A stretch of 64,000 nt of DNA from a virus (taxonomy: Duplodnaviria > Caudoviricetes), in IMG/VR virus record IMGVR_UViG_2721755846_000001, positions 5,152 to 69,151 of that record. One strand, given 5' to 3'. This document shows, one piece after another, positions 9,601-18,404 of this stretch (position 1 is its first letter; the number at the start of each line of letters is the position of its first letter). A program made the position numbers and the translations under genes. Under the pieces are notes generated by a model that was given only the letters and a program-made list of their open reading frames with translations, was not told where the DNA came from and searched no databases.

Positions 9601-10826
9601 TGAAGGAGCACGGTAAGGACGTTGAACGACGTCCCGCTCAGGTTTGCGGCAGCCTTACCGATATTGACCAGGGCCGTGACCAACGCCCTGAAGAAGTCGC
9701 CGACCTGCGGAGCTACCCCGTGGACATAGTCAAGGAAGCGCTGAAACCCTCCGCCGCCCGCCCAGTCCGCTAGCTTCCTCGCGCCCTCGGCCAGCTTGGC
9801 AACCACCTTGTTCCCGAAAGGCAGGAAGTCACGGAACCCCTGGCCAAGAACAGTAACAACGCTCCGGCCGATCTCGATGAAATTGTGCAGCGCTGGTACG
9901 CCCTGCTTGACAATCGTCTTAACAAAGCGGTCGAGTCCCGGGCCGTTCAGCCATTTGGCAAAGTCCCTGGCCAATCCGGTAACGAGAGGGCTCACGGCCT
10001 TCACTACAGGAACCAATTTTCCGAGATTCCGGCCGATCGCATCAAGAACAATCGCTACGGGGGTAAGCGTGCTGCTCTCGGTCTGCTGGATGAACTTGCC
10101 CCAGGCGCCACTCAAGGTGTCAACCGAGTTCGCGTATTTCTGCTGCGCGGGGGAAAGCGTGCTGATAACCTGCGCAAGGCCCGTTTGGGCGGCCTGAACT
10201 TTCTTGAGCTGGTCCGCGTACTTTTTCGTTCCCGGCGTAAGCGTTGCCAATAGATCCTGCTGCCGCTTCAGCGCAGAATGAGCCGACTTGGTGGCGCTAT
10301 CTGCCGACTTCATGGCGCCGACCAGCGCGCCGCCGAAAATGCCAGCCGCCGCGCCGGCCGCCGCCGCCGATGCCACGAGCCCGCCGGCGACACCAGCAGC
10401 AGCGGACGCAATCGGGACGATGGCGGGACCCAGGCCCAAGACCGCGTTACTGATGGACGTCATCGCGCCGGTGACAGTGGACTGGACCTTTGTCCAGCCT
10501 TGCTTGAAGTCGTCCTGGACCTGCTGCATGTGCTGACGCTCTGCATCGAGCTGCGCAGCCAATACGGCCCGTCGGCGGGCAAGCTCCTGCCGCCAGGCTT
10601 CCTCCCGCATGCGCAAGGCGGTGTCCAGCTCCCTGCGCTGCGCGGCAAGGCGAGCCGCCGCCTCCTGCTGATCAAGCCGCGCCTGAGCCGCGGCGGTCGT
10701 AGCGCGCAAACGGTTCTGCCTGCGTTGCTCCTCATCGAAAGCCGCCATAGCTGCCCGAGCCTCAGCGATGCCCGTGCTGCTGAATCGACTGTTGATGTTG
10801 AAGTTCAGCCCGGTAACCGTGGCCAC
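6678..10826 (-). CDS. Tape measure protein with C-terminal lytic transglycosylase (SLT) domain
   Basis: 1382 aa; ~11-residue Trp/Phe periodic repeats; RESGWNPNAVN...SQGLAQVIPPTF motif. Confidence 0.95.
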   Translation of the reverse strand: MATVTGLNFNINSRFSSTGIAEARAAMAAFDEEQRRQNRLRATTAAAQARLDQQEAAARLAAQRRELDTALRMREEAWRQELARRRAVLAAQLDAERQHMQQVQDDFKQGWTKVQSTVTGAMTSISNAVLGLGPAIVPIASAAAGVAGGLVASAAAAGAAAGIFGGALVGAMKSADSATKSAHSALKRQQDLLATLTPGTKKYADQLKKVQAAQTGLAQVISTLSPAQQKYANSVDTLSGAWGKFIQQTESSTLTPVAIVLDAIGRNLGKLVPVVKAVSPLVTGLARDFAKWLNGPGLDRFVKTIVKQGVPALHNFIEIGRSVVTVLGQGFRDFLPFGNKVVAKLAEGARKLADWAGGGGFQRFLDYVHGVAPQVGDFFRALVTALVNIGKAAANLSGTSFNVLTVLLQVLASLPPDLLANLVRAWLLWNAALVVYGIVGAIAATVTAALALAATGMGLIFLGMALTVGIVVLALAALAVGIYFLVQNWSTVSAFLVKIWDATWNWIKNTALTVWGFLSHGWGQFILLLLGPIGLLTLLYLHWRDIWGAIQVAAQAVWDALKTAWSASIGWLSGAWDTVLGGLLTAWNAFSSPFLTSWNTVWPQVQQAAANIWTALTIAWGVLWAGVTAVWNAFWGVFGGTFTTAWTGAGATTSAVWGFLTAAWQLVWTVIVSVYQVGWAILSGAWSVGWAFLTGAAQMAWAIFTGAWSVIWAVVTGIWNVFYATFGAIFAGAWSVIVAIATGIWNVVKAAWTALWAVVTAIFLTFTAIFTGNWGMAWNAIKDAAAAIWNLIKTAWQAFLNVVAAVFSAFVGVLSAAWHAFWTAIQAVASTAWSAFRGFFQAFLTAVQAVWNTAWAAVRMIFQTDINAVINVASAAWSTLRAAVGLFLTAVQAVWNTAWTAVRTLFQTAVNGVITAATVFWNAIRTAFSGGSTWLRNTFWNPVSNFFTKTIPGAFTTGADALGKAWGAIKKLVRDPIQAVVNVVYNGGIVKLWNAVAGVFGASKLSAFNLPQFAEGGPTGPGSAQGFPAVLHPNEHVWTSAEVDAAGGHKAVAAMRSMVLGGSGVRVMGQPGGAFDNGGGILGKIGGAIGSVAGDIGGAIGSVVGKLKNLVLGGVYKVISGPINTAVKAAQAAVRGVTADGSGIQKLGEAIPKKIGDTVLSWIKGKDVAQFTSSAVGSIPSGQHRAVIDAALKAAGVPPPGTLAQWETGLNTLITRESGWNPNAVNQTDINAKNGVPSQGLAQVIPPTFVSNHVAGTSNNILDPVANVAAAIRYITRGYGNITNVQQANAGLPPKGYVLGTPGANSGWATVGEQGPERIRFRGGERVDPLRDLIGNGGSGDVNVTVTIPISGNADHGVVDRLEQQTIPKLTMAIKQGVGKRR

Positions 10827-10838
10827 GACGCCCCCTAT

Positions 10839-11165
10839 TCAGTTGTCGTCCCCCTGTTCGGAGGCGCGCTGGTACAGCTCGTGCGAGCGGGGGTAGCGCT
10901 CCGGTTCGGAAACCGGATTGGTCGTGTTCTGCTTATCCGTAAAGTGCGCGGCACCGAGCAGGTGATTCATCGCCTGCAACTGCTCATGAATCGCGGCCAA
11001 TGCCTCTTGGTCGTACGACCGGTCGATGGGGCCGGCATACCGCTCGTATGCCGCCCATTCGGCCAGCTCTCGGGAGGTATGCCGGGCGAGCACCGCACGA
11101 ACCGGTATCCCGAAGGCGAGCGCTAGCCGGTGATAGAGCCCTCGCTCGGGGCGTCGTCGAAACCC
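10839..11165 (-). CDS. Tail assembly chaperone, -1 frameshift extension (lambda gpT analogue)
   Basis: The -1 frame after GGGTTTC reads RRRPERGLYHRLALAFGIPVRAVLARHTSRELAEW, continuous with ORF 10839..11093. Confidence 0.85.
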   Translation of the reverse strand, partial: GFRRRPERGLYHRLALAFGIPVRAVLARHTSRELAEWAAYERYAGPIDRSYDQEALAAIHEQLQAMNHLLGAAHFTDKQNTTNPVSEPERYPRSHELYQRASEQGDDN

Positions 11166-11515
11166 TCGGTCAGCTCCGCAACATCAGTCTCTGAGAAACC
11201 GTTCATGCGCTGACATGCGTCAAAGACCCGACCGAGAGCCTTCGCCGACTTCTTGCCGAGTTCGTCGACATCCCTCGGGTTGAACATCACCTCGCCCGCT
11301 TCGGTGACGATGCACTGAGCGACCATGCGGGCGCGGAAGTTTGCGAGATTCTGCTTCGTCTTGTTCCCCTTGGTCTCCACCATGGAAGCCTCGAACTTGT
11401 CCCGCTCGGTGCCGGTGAGCATCCTCAACCGCACCTCGCCGCCCCACTCGGGGACGGGGATGTCCTCGGTCTCAATGTCCTTGGCCTCAAGGATTTGATC
11501 ACGGCTAAGCAGCAT
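11123..11515 (-). CDS. Tail assembly chaperone (lambda gpG analogue)
   Basis: LLSRDQIL...VPEWGGEVRLR motif; upstream of tape measure. Confidence 0.9.
   Translation of the reverse strand: MLLSRDQILEAKDIETEDIPVPEWGGEVRLRMLTGTERDKFEASMVETKGNKTKQNLANFRARMVAQCIVTEAGEVMFNPRDVDELGKKSAKALGRVFDACQRMNGFSETDVAELTEGFDDAPSEGSITG
11159..11165 (-). other. Programmed -1 ribosomal frameshift slippery site G GGT TTC
   Basis: X XXY YYZ heptamer in the correct phase near the 3' end of the chaperone gene. Confidence 0.85.
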
Positions 11516-11554
11516 CGCGGGTACCTCTCGATCACGGGTAAAGGAAACTCGGGG

Positions 11555-11588
11555 TGGACAGCCTTAAGAATTGGGGTAGGATCCGCCC
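11555..11588 (+). promoter_or_regulatory. Housekeeping-type promoter for a leaderless lsr2 mRNA
   Basis: TGGACA (11555)-N16-TAGGAT (11577), ATG 6 nt later, no RBS. Confidence 0.6.
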
Positions 11589-11915
11589 ATGGTTCAGAAG
11601 ACAGTTGTTATTTACACGGACGACCTCACCGGCAAAGAATCCGAAGAGGTTCAGACCTATGAGTTCACGCTGAACGGCGTGGCCTATGAGATCGACCTCG
11701 CGCCGGAAAGCTACGACCAGATGCTTGATGACTTCGGCCCCTACATGGAGAAGGGCCGCAAGACGGGTCGGGTAAAGGGCGCGCAGCCCAAGGCCAAGGC
11801 GGGAGGCCCCAGCGCTTCGGACATGCGGGCATGGGCGACTGAAAACGGGTACGAGGTGAGCCCCAGGGGCCGCGTCCCCGCTGGAGTCCGCGAGGCATAC
11901 GAAGCCGCCCACTGA
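11589..11915 (+). CDS. lsr2: Lsr2 nucleoid-associated protein / xenogeneic silencer
   Basis: MVQKTVVIYTDDL, YEIDL, and RAWAxENGYEVSPRGRVP with RGR AT-hook; only convincing plus-strand gene. Confidence 0.95.
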   Translation: MVQKTVVIYTDDLTGKESEEVQTYEFTLNGVAYEIDLAPESYDQMLDDFGPYMEKGRKTGRVKGAQPKAKAGGPSASDMRAWATENGYEVSPRGRVPAGVREAYEAAH

Positions 11916-11922
11916 CCACGAC

Positions 11923-11953
11923 AGAAGCCCCCGGCAAGGTTGCCGGGGGCTCT
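11923..11953. terminator. Likely bidirectional terminator after lsr2
   Basis: 12-bp inverted repeat AGCCCCCGGCAA / TTGCCGGGGGCT between convergent genes. Confidence 0.75.
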
Positions 11954-12004
11954 GCTATGCGCGGGCCGACCGGGGTACCCGCGGACCCCGACCGACCCGC
12001 TCGA

Positions 12005-12493
12005 TCAACCGCGGCTGGCCGCGGCGATCGTCTCGGCAGCGTGCTCCAGTACCTCTTGAAGGTCACGCTCCATCTGCGGGCGGTGCTCAGCGATCGTCGC
12101 CATGAACCAGCTGCCGCCCGTCGTCTGCCTGACCCAGTTGTGCCGGTTGCCGAAAACGGGGTGTCGCCAGCCGCGCTGATCGTCCAGATACCGCGGCAGG
12201 TTCGCCTCCTGCGGGTCTGTCATCCCGGCAACGATGCGCACCCCCAGACCGCGCGCCACACCCGCCTGGACAGCGACTCCGCGGGCCACACGACTGCGCA
12301 GGCCCGAATGCGCGGCGCCTTGCACAGGCAGAGCAAGGACGCGCCGCTTGGCGTCGTCCGCGGCCGGCTTCGCAGCGTCCCGCAAGGCCCTCCGAAGCTC
12401 GTCCGGAAGGGTCCGGTCGACCTCGCGCAGGGCGATCCCGGTACGACGCCACTCGTCTCCCAGCCGGACGTTGTACGTCGCCCTGGCAGCCAT
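12005..12493 (-). CDS. Neck / tail-completion protein (HK97 gp10-like)
   Basis: Start MAARATYNV overlapping upstream TGA; WRHPVFGNR..WV.Q motif. Confidence 0.65.
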   Translation of the reverse strand: MAARATYNVRLGDEWRRTGIALREVDRTLPDELRRALRDAAKPAADDAKRRVLALPVQGAAHSGLRSRVARGVAVQAGVARGLGVRIVAGMTDPQEANLPRYLDDQRGWRHPVFGNRHNWVRQTTGGSWFMATIAEHRPQMERDLQEVLEHAAETIAAASRG

Positions 12494-12909
12494 CAGCTCG
12501 TTGCCCGCGTGATGCCCGTCCGCTGCGCAGGCAACTTCACCTGGGTCTCGGAGAGGTCGCCCACCTTGCCCGAAAGGGGCTTGTATTCGAGGAGAATGCA
12601 GGTTGCCGTGTACTTGGGATTTGTCGTCGATGCAGCCGCAGAGGTGGGCCGAACTTCGACGGTGAATTCCGTCTCGTTGTTCCACAGCGGGTAGAACGTG
12701 GCGTCGATCTGAGCCGCCGCGTAATCCTGCTGGAAGTTGATGACAAAGCCATCGTCCTTGAGTCCGGCGACACGCTCACGGCCGGAACCGGAAAAGTTCG
12801 TTGTCTCGACTTCCGCCTTCGAAAGGTCTACTTCGACCGAGGAAGCGTGGTCAGAGAAGTTGACTCCGTTGATGACTATATAGCAGTCCCGCAGGACCAA
12901 TTTGGCCAT
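12493..12909 (-). CDS. Major tail tube protein
   Basis: 138 aa; ETTNFSG..RERVAGLKD motif; strong RBS. Confidence 0.85.
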   Translation of the reverse strand: MAKLVLRDCYIVINGVNFSDHASSVEVDLSKAEVETTNFSGSGRERVAGLKDDGFVINFQQDYAAAQIDATFYPLWNNETEFTVEVRPTSAAASTTNPKYTATCILLEYKPLSGKVGDLSETQVKLPAQRTGITRATS

Positions 12910-12972
12910 GGCTAAACTACCTTCTTATGGATTGATTGGGCCCGCGGAGGACTGCTCGCGGCGAGCTAAAGG

Positions 12973-13011
12973 GGCATGAAAAAAGGGCTAGACATATTTG
13001 CCTTCGCCCTT
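12973..13011 (-). terminator. Intrinsic terminator-like element upstream of major tail gene
   Basis: AAGGGC...GCCCTTTTTTCATGCCC. Confidence 0.55.
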
Positions 13012-13024
13012 GCTGTGTGCGGGA

Positions 13025-13258
13025 CTACTTCTTGAGTGACGCCTTCTTCGCCGGTGCGACAACCTCAGCCTTGACCGGCTCGATGTGGCCAGCTTCGATG
13101 AGCGCGGCCTCAGCCGCATCGGTCAAGCGGAGCGTGACCTCTTCGCCCTTGACCTTGCCGCCGACTTCGCGCGGACCGATGACGACATACGTCCGGTCGC
13201 GCGGCTCTTCCGGGGGCTTGGGCTGACGCCCTGGCGGCGCCATACGCGCAAAGGACAT
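13025..13258 (-). CDS. Small phage structural-region protein
   Basis: Start MSFARMAPP after GAGGA RBS. Confidence 0.6.
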   Translation of the reverse strand: MSFARMAPPGRQPKPPEEPRDRTYVVIGPREVGGKVKGEEVTLRLTDAAEAALIEAGHIEPVKAEVVAPAKKASLKK

Positions 13259-13260
13259 CG

Positions 13261-13602
13261 TCAGCCCATCCTCACGACGGCTACCTGAAGCGTGGCACCG
13301 GAGTTTGTTGCGGAAAGAGTCGCGCGGCCGGAGCCGTCGCCGGGGTCGTATTCCTTGCGCATCGGAATCCACTTCTCGCCAGTCGTGGCGGGAACAGTGA
13401 CGGCCGGCTGCGGATTGGGCTGACCGTACGACGTATTACCGAGAACCGTGATCGTGACAACGGAGGCCGAGCCGCCGGTGTTCCTGTAGACCACAAACGT
13501 ATTGAGGCCATTGCCGATCTCGGCCGTATCCGAGGCGGACGAGTTTCCGAAACTCGGCGCCGTGCCCGCATTGGCGATGTTGTTAGTTGTGAGCGCTGCC
13601 AT
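13261..13602 (-). CDS. Virion structural protein
   Basis: Start MAALTTNNI after GAGGAG RBS; beta-rich. Confidence 0.65.
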   Translation of the reverse strand: MAALTTNNIANAGTAPSFGNSSASDTAEIGNGLNTFVVYRNTGGSASVVTITVLGNTSYGQPNPQPAVTVPATTGEKWIPMRKEYDPGDGSGRATLSATNSGATLQVAVVRMG

Positions 13603-13612
13603 AGCTCCTCGC

Positions 13613-14062
13613 TTAATTACTGGGGGTGCGCACAGTGGTTCGCAGGACAGCGCCCACGTATTGAATTCCGGCCGCATTCATCGGCATCATCGCGTCGTAT
13701 TCGCGGATACCGTCAGCTTGCGCGTCCGTGCCGTCGGAAAGTCCGAGGCTCGGATTCAGAAAGAGAACCTCGCGGATACTCTTAGGGCCCTTGCCCGTTA
13801 CGTATTGGTCCAGCTTCTGTTGCGCCAGGGACGCATCCACACGCGAGACCATGACGTAAAGGTCGAGGGTCCATTCGTCCATGCCGCGACCGAACGCGCC
13901 GTTAAAATCACACGAAAGCTGCGTCCGCCTAGGGATTGCGGGCATGATGGCAACCGCGGGGATCTGCTGAACGTCGGACACCAGGGCATACACGTTCAGT
14001 TCAGGAATGCTCGCCCTGATTGTCGTCTTCATAGCTACGCGGATTTCGGATAGCGACGCCAT
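13613..14062 (-). CDS. Tail terminator / head-tail joining protein
   Basis: 149 aa; position after adaptor. Confidence 0.65.
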   Translation of the reverse strand: MASLSEIRVAMKTTIRASIPELNVYALVSDVQQIPAVAIMPAIPRRTQLSCDFNGAFGRGMDEWTLDLYVMVSRVDASLAQQKLDQYVTGKGPKSIREVLFLNPSLGLSDGTDAQADGIREYDAMMPMNAAGIQYVGAVLRTTVRTPSN

Positions 14063-14063
14063 G

Positions 14064-14708
14064 TCACCTCACCTGGATAGGGTCCCTGACATAGGGCGCG
14101 AGCTTGCTTTCCGCCATGCGATTGTCGCGGACCCGGATCACACCGAACTGGTCAAGTCCGGCGACACCAAAAGGCGCGTCCTTGATCTGGAATGTCTCCG
14201 AGGCGAGAATCAGACAGGCCTGCTTCACGGGAGTCGGCACAGACGCCCAGCCCCACTTAGCGGTAACCGTGACATCCGGCGGGGTCTCGAATCGCACGCC
14301 ATAAGACGTATCGAATCGAAGACTCCCCGCCGCGTGGATCTCGCGGTACGGCCAGCCCGGCTGCCCGTCGACAACGCCATTACGCGGATACAGCTTGTAG
14401 TCCGACGCTGTCCACGTGGTTGTGCCGGACTGCACTACCAGGCCCGCCGTGTCGTAGAAGTCATCGACTTCCACCCACTGAGTGACAGACCATTGATCCC
14501 TGATCGTGAAAATACTGCCCGCGTCGTAAATGCGATCCGTCGCCGTGTCCGTGTTATTGAACTGGCGATGACAATGCGATTCGATTTCCCGGCTCACGGA
14601 AGCAAGAGCGTCCGTCAGAATGCCGTCGTACGTCGTGACGTCATCAAGACTCGATTTCATGTACGCGTGAAGCTGTGCGAGCGTGGCATAGCTGTCGCCC
14701 AGGGGCAT
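14064..14708 (-). CDS. Head-to-tail adaptor
   Basis: YATLAQL, SREIESHCHRQF, VTAKWGW..VP..VKQA motifs. Confidence 0.85.
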   Translation of the reverse strand: MPLGDSYATLAQLHAYMKSSLDDVTTYDGILTDALASVSREIESHCHRQFNNTDTATDRIYDAGSIFTIRDQWSVTQWVEVDDFYDTAGLVVQSGTTTWTASDYKLYPRNGVVDGQPGWPYREIHAAGSLRFDTSYGVRFETPPDVTVTAKWGWASVPTPVKQACLILASETFQIKDAPFGVAGLDQFGVIRVRDNRMAESKLAPYVRDPIQVR

Positions 14709-14711
14709 AAG

Positions 14712-14993
14712 TCAGACCCCCGTCCGCAGCACCCTCACCGCGCCCGCCGATGTGCCCGCTGCCGAAATCGCGTACAGAGCCTCACCGACCCCGAGCCGAA
14801 CCGGCCAAGGAAGGCTTGCACCCGCGGCGAGTGAATAGCCCGTACCCGCCGTGACTCCAGAGGCGCCCAGGAAGATTGCCGCGGCGTCGCCGTTCGTGAC
14901 GTAGACACTCTGGCCGGCGATGTTGTCGCCGTCAGCGCCGCTCAGGAGCGTTGCCGACGTGGCGACCGTGATCTGTGCGCCCTGAACGGCCAC
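14712..14993 (-). CDS. Small virion protein
   Basis: 93 aa, tight spacing in head operon. Confidence 0.6.
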   Translation of the reverse strand: MAVQGAQITVATSATLLSGADGDNIAGQSVYVTNGDAAAIFLGASGVTAGTGYSLAAGASLPWPVRLGVGEALYAISAAGTSAGAVRVLRTGV

Positions 14994-14996
14994 GGC

Positions 14997-15263
14997 CTAC
15001 CGCCTCTTGTTCTGAGTCGGATAGATGGCCTTGTTCTCCGCCGGCGTCGCCTTCTTCACGGCCGGCGCGGCTGCCTTCTTCGGCGGCTCGGGGGCCGGCT
15101 CAGGCTCGATGGCGCCCAGGCGTTCGGCTTCCTCGCGCTTGACGAGGGTTCCGGGCGACCAGTGCAGCCAACGGGCCTCGGGGTCCGTCTCCAGGACCAC
15201 ACGGTCCCGCGCCTCAGTGAGGCACCAATGCTGATCAATCGTGATCCACTCGGGGCCGCTCAC
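14997..15263 (-). CDS. Small head-region protein
   Basis: 88 aa with PAENK tail typical of genes following capsid genes. Confidence 0.6.
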   Translation of the reverse strand: MSGPEWITIDQHWCLTEARDRVVLETDPEARWLHWSPGTLVKREEAERLGAIEPEPAPEPPKKAAAPAVKKATPAENKAIYPTQNKRR

Positions 15264-15847
15264 GTGTAGTAGTCCACGATCACGGGAGTGCCGTTCAGGG
15301 CACTGGCCAGATATACCGTGTTGGACTCGACCGCCGTCGATGAGAACGCGATCACCGGGCGTGTCGACTCGCGAACACCATTCAGGAATCCGGCGACGAT
15401 CGTGTCACGGTCCAGCTTCACCGGAATACCAAGCTTCGCATTGATATTGCCCGAGCCGCCCACGCCGGTACCGATAGCGGTAGTCGCCCCGGTACCGTCA
15501 TGCGCGGGAATCGTGATCGATGTGACCGTCTTGAAGGCCTTCGACCCGACAACCGTTCCGGTCGTGTCCACAGTGAATGCCGGAAGCGTCTCGGTGATCA
15601 CGTCGCCGTAAGCATTGGTACCGGTGACGATTACCTGAATCGCCTTGACGTCAGTGTTCGTACCGCCCGTAGTCGCCGTGACGTTCCGGGGAACGTCGGG
15701 GTTCGTGATGGCAGTCGTAATGACCTGCGGCGCACCGTTGTCGGTGACCGCGGCGTGAATCGCCGTGTTCGTTCCGACCGCCGGAGACCCCAGCGTCTCG
15801 CTCATGACGCGCGAGCGAGTGCCCGGCATCCTGTTAATTACAGCCAT
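15260..15847 (-). CDS. Capsid decoration-like protein
   Basis: Start MAVINRMP; PRNVT and GSKAFKTVTSIT motifs; follows major capsid. Confidence 0.6.
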   Translation of the reverse strand: MAVINRMPGTRSRVMSETLGSPAVGTNTAIHAAVTDNGAPQVITTAITNPDVPRNVTATTGGTNTDVKAIQVIVTGTNAYGDVITETLPAFTVDTTGTVVGSKAFKTVTSITIPAHDGTGATTAIGTGVGGSGNINAKLGIPVKLDRDTIVAGFLNGVRESTRPVIAFSSTAVESNTVYLASALNGTPVIVDYYT

Positions 15848-15936
15848 TGTCCATTTCCCTTCATTGGGTTGCGGACCACGCTTGGCCCAATGCCAAAGGG
15901 CCCGAGCGGTATGCCCGAGCCCTTTGCTGGTATCAC

Positions 15937-17196
15937 TTAAAGACCGGTCACGGCGCAGAACGCGAGAGGCCGGTAATGGAGCACAGCGCACCGGATGTCG
16001 GCGCGTATGGCGAGCTTTCCGGAGGCGAAGAACGTGCTGTGCGAGTTCGACACCTGGACGTCCATACCGCGGCGCACCGAAAGCTCAGAGAAGTTCCGGT
16101 AATCGCCCAGCAGGCACTTTGTGCTCGTAACCGCCGTGGTCTCCACGACCGGAACGCCCCACATGGTGTACGGACCGGGCATCGACGGGTGACCCCAGAT
16201 GTAAACACCATCGGCGGTCTTGAGAAGCCGGACGCCCTCCCACTTCGAGGGAGCGATGAACATCACATTGGGCTCACTGAAGCCCGTGTCCCGGCACTTC
16301 CGGATTCCCTTATAGATGGCGTCGGGGACGCTGTCCGCCGAGAGAGCCTGGGTGTTGATTCCCGAGACATTCTCGGTACCGAGCAGGTTCGGCGCAGAGC
16401 CGTTGCCGCCCAGAACCTGGGCATCGAGCCGCTGCTGAATCATGAACGGCAGGCGGTTATTGACGTAGTCGCGGGCGCGCGGCTCATCCTCGAACTGCTC
16501 GTCAGTGACGGGCAGGAAGACGGCGACCTTGCGAACCTGCTGGTTCCGCTCGGTCAGCTGAAGCGCCGACTCGGGGTACGTGCCACCTTCGGCAGTTTCC
16601 GCCGCGGCATTCGTGAACGTCGTCTCTTCCATGTAGACGACGGCGGACTGAACAGTGGTCGTCTGCGGGAAGTACTGCACCACGGTCGGAGCGGGACGCG
16701 TCGCCAGGAATTCGAGGTGACCCGTACGGATATCCTGCGGGTCCCAGCCGGCCGCGGTCGTGAAGTCGGCCTTGAGGGTCACCTGAGGGCCGGAACCCGA
16801 ACCCTGCTTGTACTCCTTGAAGGCGCGGGACTGGATGAACTCGTCACCCACACTCAGGCGGCGCCCGCCCTTACGCTCAACGTCTCGATCGTCATCCTTG
16901 GCGCCGTCGCCACCCTCGGTGCCTTCGCCTTCGCCGCGCTTAGTAGCAGCCGCAGCACGGGCAACGACCAGGTATTCGTCTACCTTGGTCTTGCACTCGA
17001 TGATCTCCGCGTTCATCTTGCCGAGTTCCGCGACCTTCGCGTGAGTGTCACCCGACAGGGACTTAACCTTGGACATGTCATAGTCGGCGCCGGCCTCGGC
17101 GAGAACGGACGCAAGACCCTTGCGCTTCTCATCGAGCTTTTCCTGCGCAGCCTTCAGTGCCGGAAATTCTACAATCCGGTCAGAGTCGTTATACAT
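15937..17196 (-). CDS. Major capsid protein, HK97 fold
   Basis: Start MYNDSD after AGGAG; coiled-coil delta domain; AEGGTYPES, LKTADGVYIW, GDY motifs. Confidence 0.95.
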   Translation of the reverse strand: MYNDSDRIVEFPALKAAQEKLDEKRKGLASVLAEAGADYDMSKVKSLSGDTHAKVAELGKMNAEIIECKTKVDEYLVVARAAAATKRGEGEGTEGGDGAKDDDRDVERKGGRRLSVGDEFIQSRAFKEYKQGSGSGPQVTLKADFTTAAGWDPQDIRTGHLEFLATRPAPTVVQYFPQTTTVQSAVVYMEETTFTNAAAETAEGGTYPESALQLTERNQQVRKVAVFLPVTDEQFEDEPRARDYVNNRLPFMIQQRLDAQVLGGNGSAPNLLGTENVSGINTQALSADSVPDAIYKGIRKCRDTGFSEPNVMFIAPSKWEGVRLLKTADGVYIWGHPSMPGPYTMWGVPVVETTAVTSTKCLLGDYRNFSELSVRRGMDVQVSNSHSTFFASGKLAIRADIRCAVLHYRPLAFCAVTGL

Positions 17197-17205
17197 GGCT
17201 CTCCT

Positions 17206-17240
17206 GGGCATGAAAAAAGCCCCCGGGGCACGGAGGCTTT
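17206..17240 (-). terminator. Intrinsic terminator-like element upstream of capsid gene
   Basis: AAAGCCTCCG-TGCCC-CGGGGGCTTTTTTCATGCCC. Confidence 0.6.
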
Positions 17241-17255
17241 GAAAGAACGCTTCTC

Positions 17256-18404
17256 TTAGAAGCCGTTGATAAGCGTGAGCGACTGCACGAACAGCGAGGC
17301 CTTCTCTTCAGCGCTCGGCTCGGCCGGCTCGGCGTCATCAACGGGAGTTGCGAGCAAGAAATCGAGTCGCTTCAGGTCATCCTTGATCCAGCTAAGGAGA
17401 TCAGCGGAGCCGTGCGACATGCCCTTGCCCTTCTGCGCCCGGAAAGCCATGACTTCCGCTGCACGATCAATGAGGCTCGACACGTTGGCCATGACGTCAA
17501 CGGCCTGATCGGCGAACCTCTGCTTGCCCTTCGTGTCGCCGTCGGCTGTACGCAGCTGAGGCGGCTCCCTGTCGGCATCGAGCAGATGCGCCGACAGATG
17601 CTTGTAGACGGCGTCACGGTCCTTCTCGGGTACGCCCGAATCACCGTGTGCGCCGTTGAGTTCCGCGATGCCCTGAAGGCACGCCCTGAGGTTCGCCGGC
17701 CCGTCCACGCCGTGGTGGTGGGCGAACTTGTACGAGTCCTTCAGCTCGGGGTCCCCGTCCGGGTCCACCCACGCGAAGACGGTGCGCAGCTGGGACGGCC
17801 GCGCGTCATCGGCCAGAGCCTTCACGGTCGCAGCGCCGTCCCACGCCCGCGTCAGAGTGTCGGTTTCGGTATAGGGGATCGGGCCGCGGACCGCGGTACC
17901 CGTCTTCGCCGTGGTCTTGTCGTTGTCGGTCACGTCGCGTCCCTTCGTGGACAGGGTCCCGGTCCCGATACCGGCGCCCAGCAGGACGGGCGACACCTCG
18001 TGCACGGTCACGCTTTCGAGATAGCGAACCGGCTGATCCTTCTCTTCGCCGAACGAGTACTTATTGATATCGAACCCGTACGACCATTCACCAAGACCGT
18101 CAGCCGCAAGTTCCTTGACGGTCTCAAAGGTGTCTCGGCCGGCCGCCGTGTTCATAAAGAACTGGCCGTCGAGTACGGCCTTCTTGCCCTTGACGCGAAT
18201 GACGCCCTTGCCTACAGGGGGTGCGCCATCCCAAGAGGCGTGACCGTACGCACTGATAACGACAGGCGCCCCGTCAGTAAAAGCGTCCGCGTTCGTGACG
18301 TCTCCGTCGTGATCGCGGACACCCATCGTTGAAAAGACGGCCGTGACCATTCCCTTGTCCGCGTCCTTGATTTCCAGACCGCCGGACAGGCTCTTACGCT
18401 CCAT
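17256..18404 (-). CDS. HK97-type prohead protease with C-terminal extra domain
   Basis: DHDGD, GH, WSYGF, HEVSPV motifs; extra ~220 aa. Confidence 0.9.
   Translation of the reverse strand: MERKSLSGGLEIKDADKGMVTAVFSTMGVRDHDGDVTNADAFTDGAPVVISAYGHASWDGAPPVGKGVIRVKGKKAVLDGQFFMNTAAGRDTFETVKELAADGLGEWSYGFDINKYSFGEEKDQPVRYLESVTVHEVSPVLLGAGIGTGTLSTKGRDVTDNDKTTAKTGTAVRGPIPYTETDTLTRAWDGAATVKALADDARPSQLRTVFAWVDPDGDPELKDSYKFAHHHGVDGPANLRACLQGIAELNGAHGDSGVPEKDRDAVYKHLSAHLLDADREPPQLRTADGDTKGKQRFADQAVDVMANVSSLIDRAAEVMAFRAQKGKGMSHGSADLLSWIKDDLKRLDFLLATPVDDAEPAEPSAEEKASLFVQSLTLINGF

Noticed and set aside
11159-11165. Tail chaperone frameshift as a novelty
   Set aside because: Well-established feature of long-tailed phages; listed as a feature only
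12494-12685. Upstream extension of the neck gene
   Set aside because: Overlaps the major tail gene out of frame; TGATG coupling supports the 12493 start
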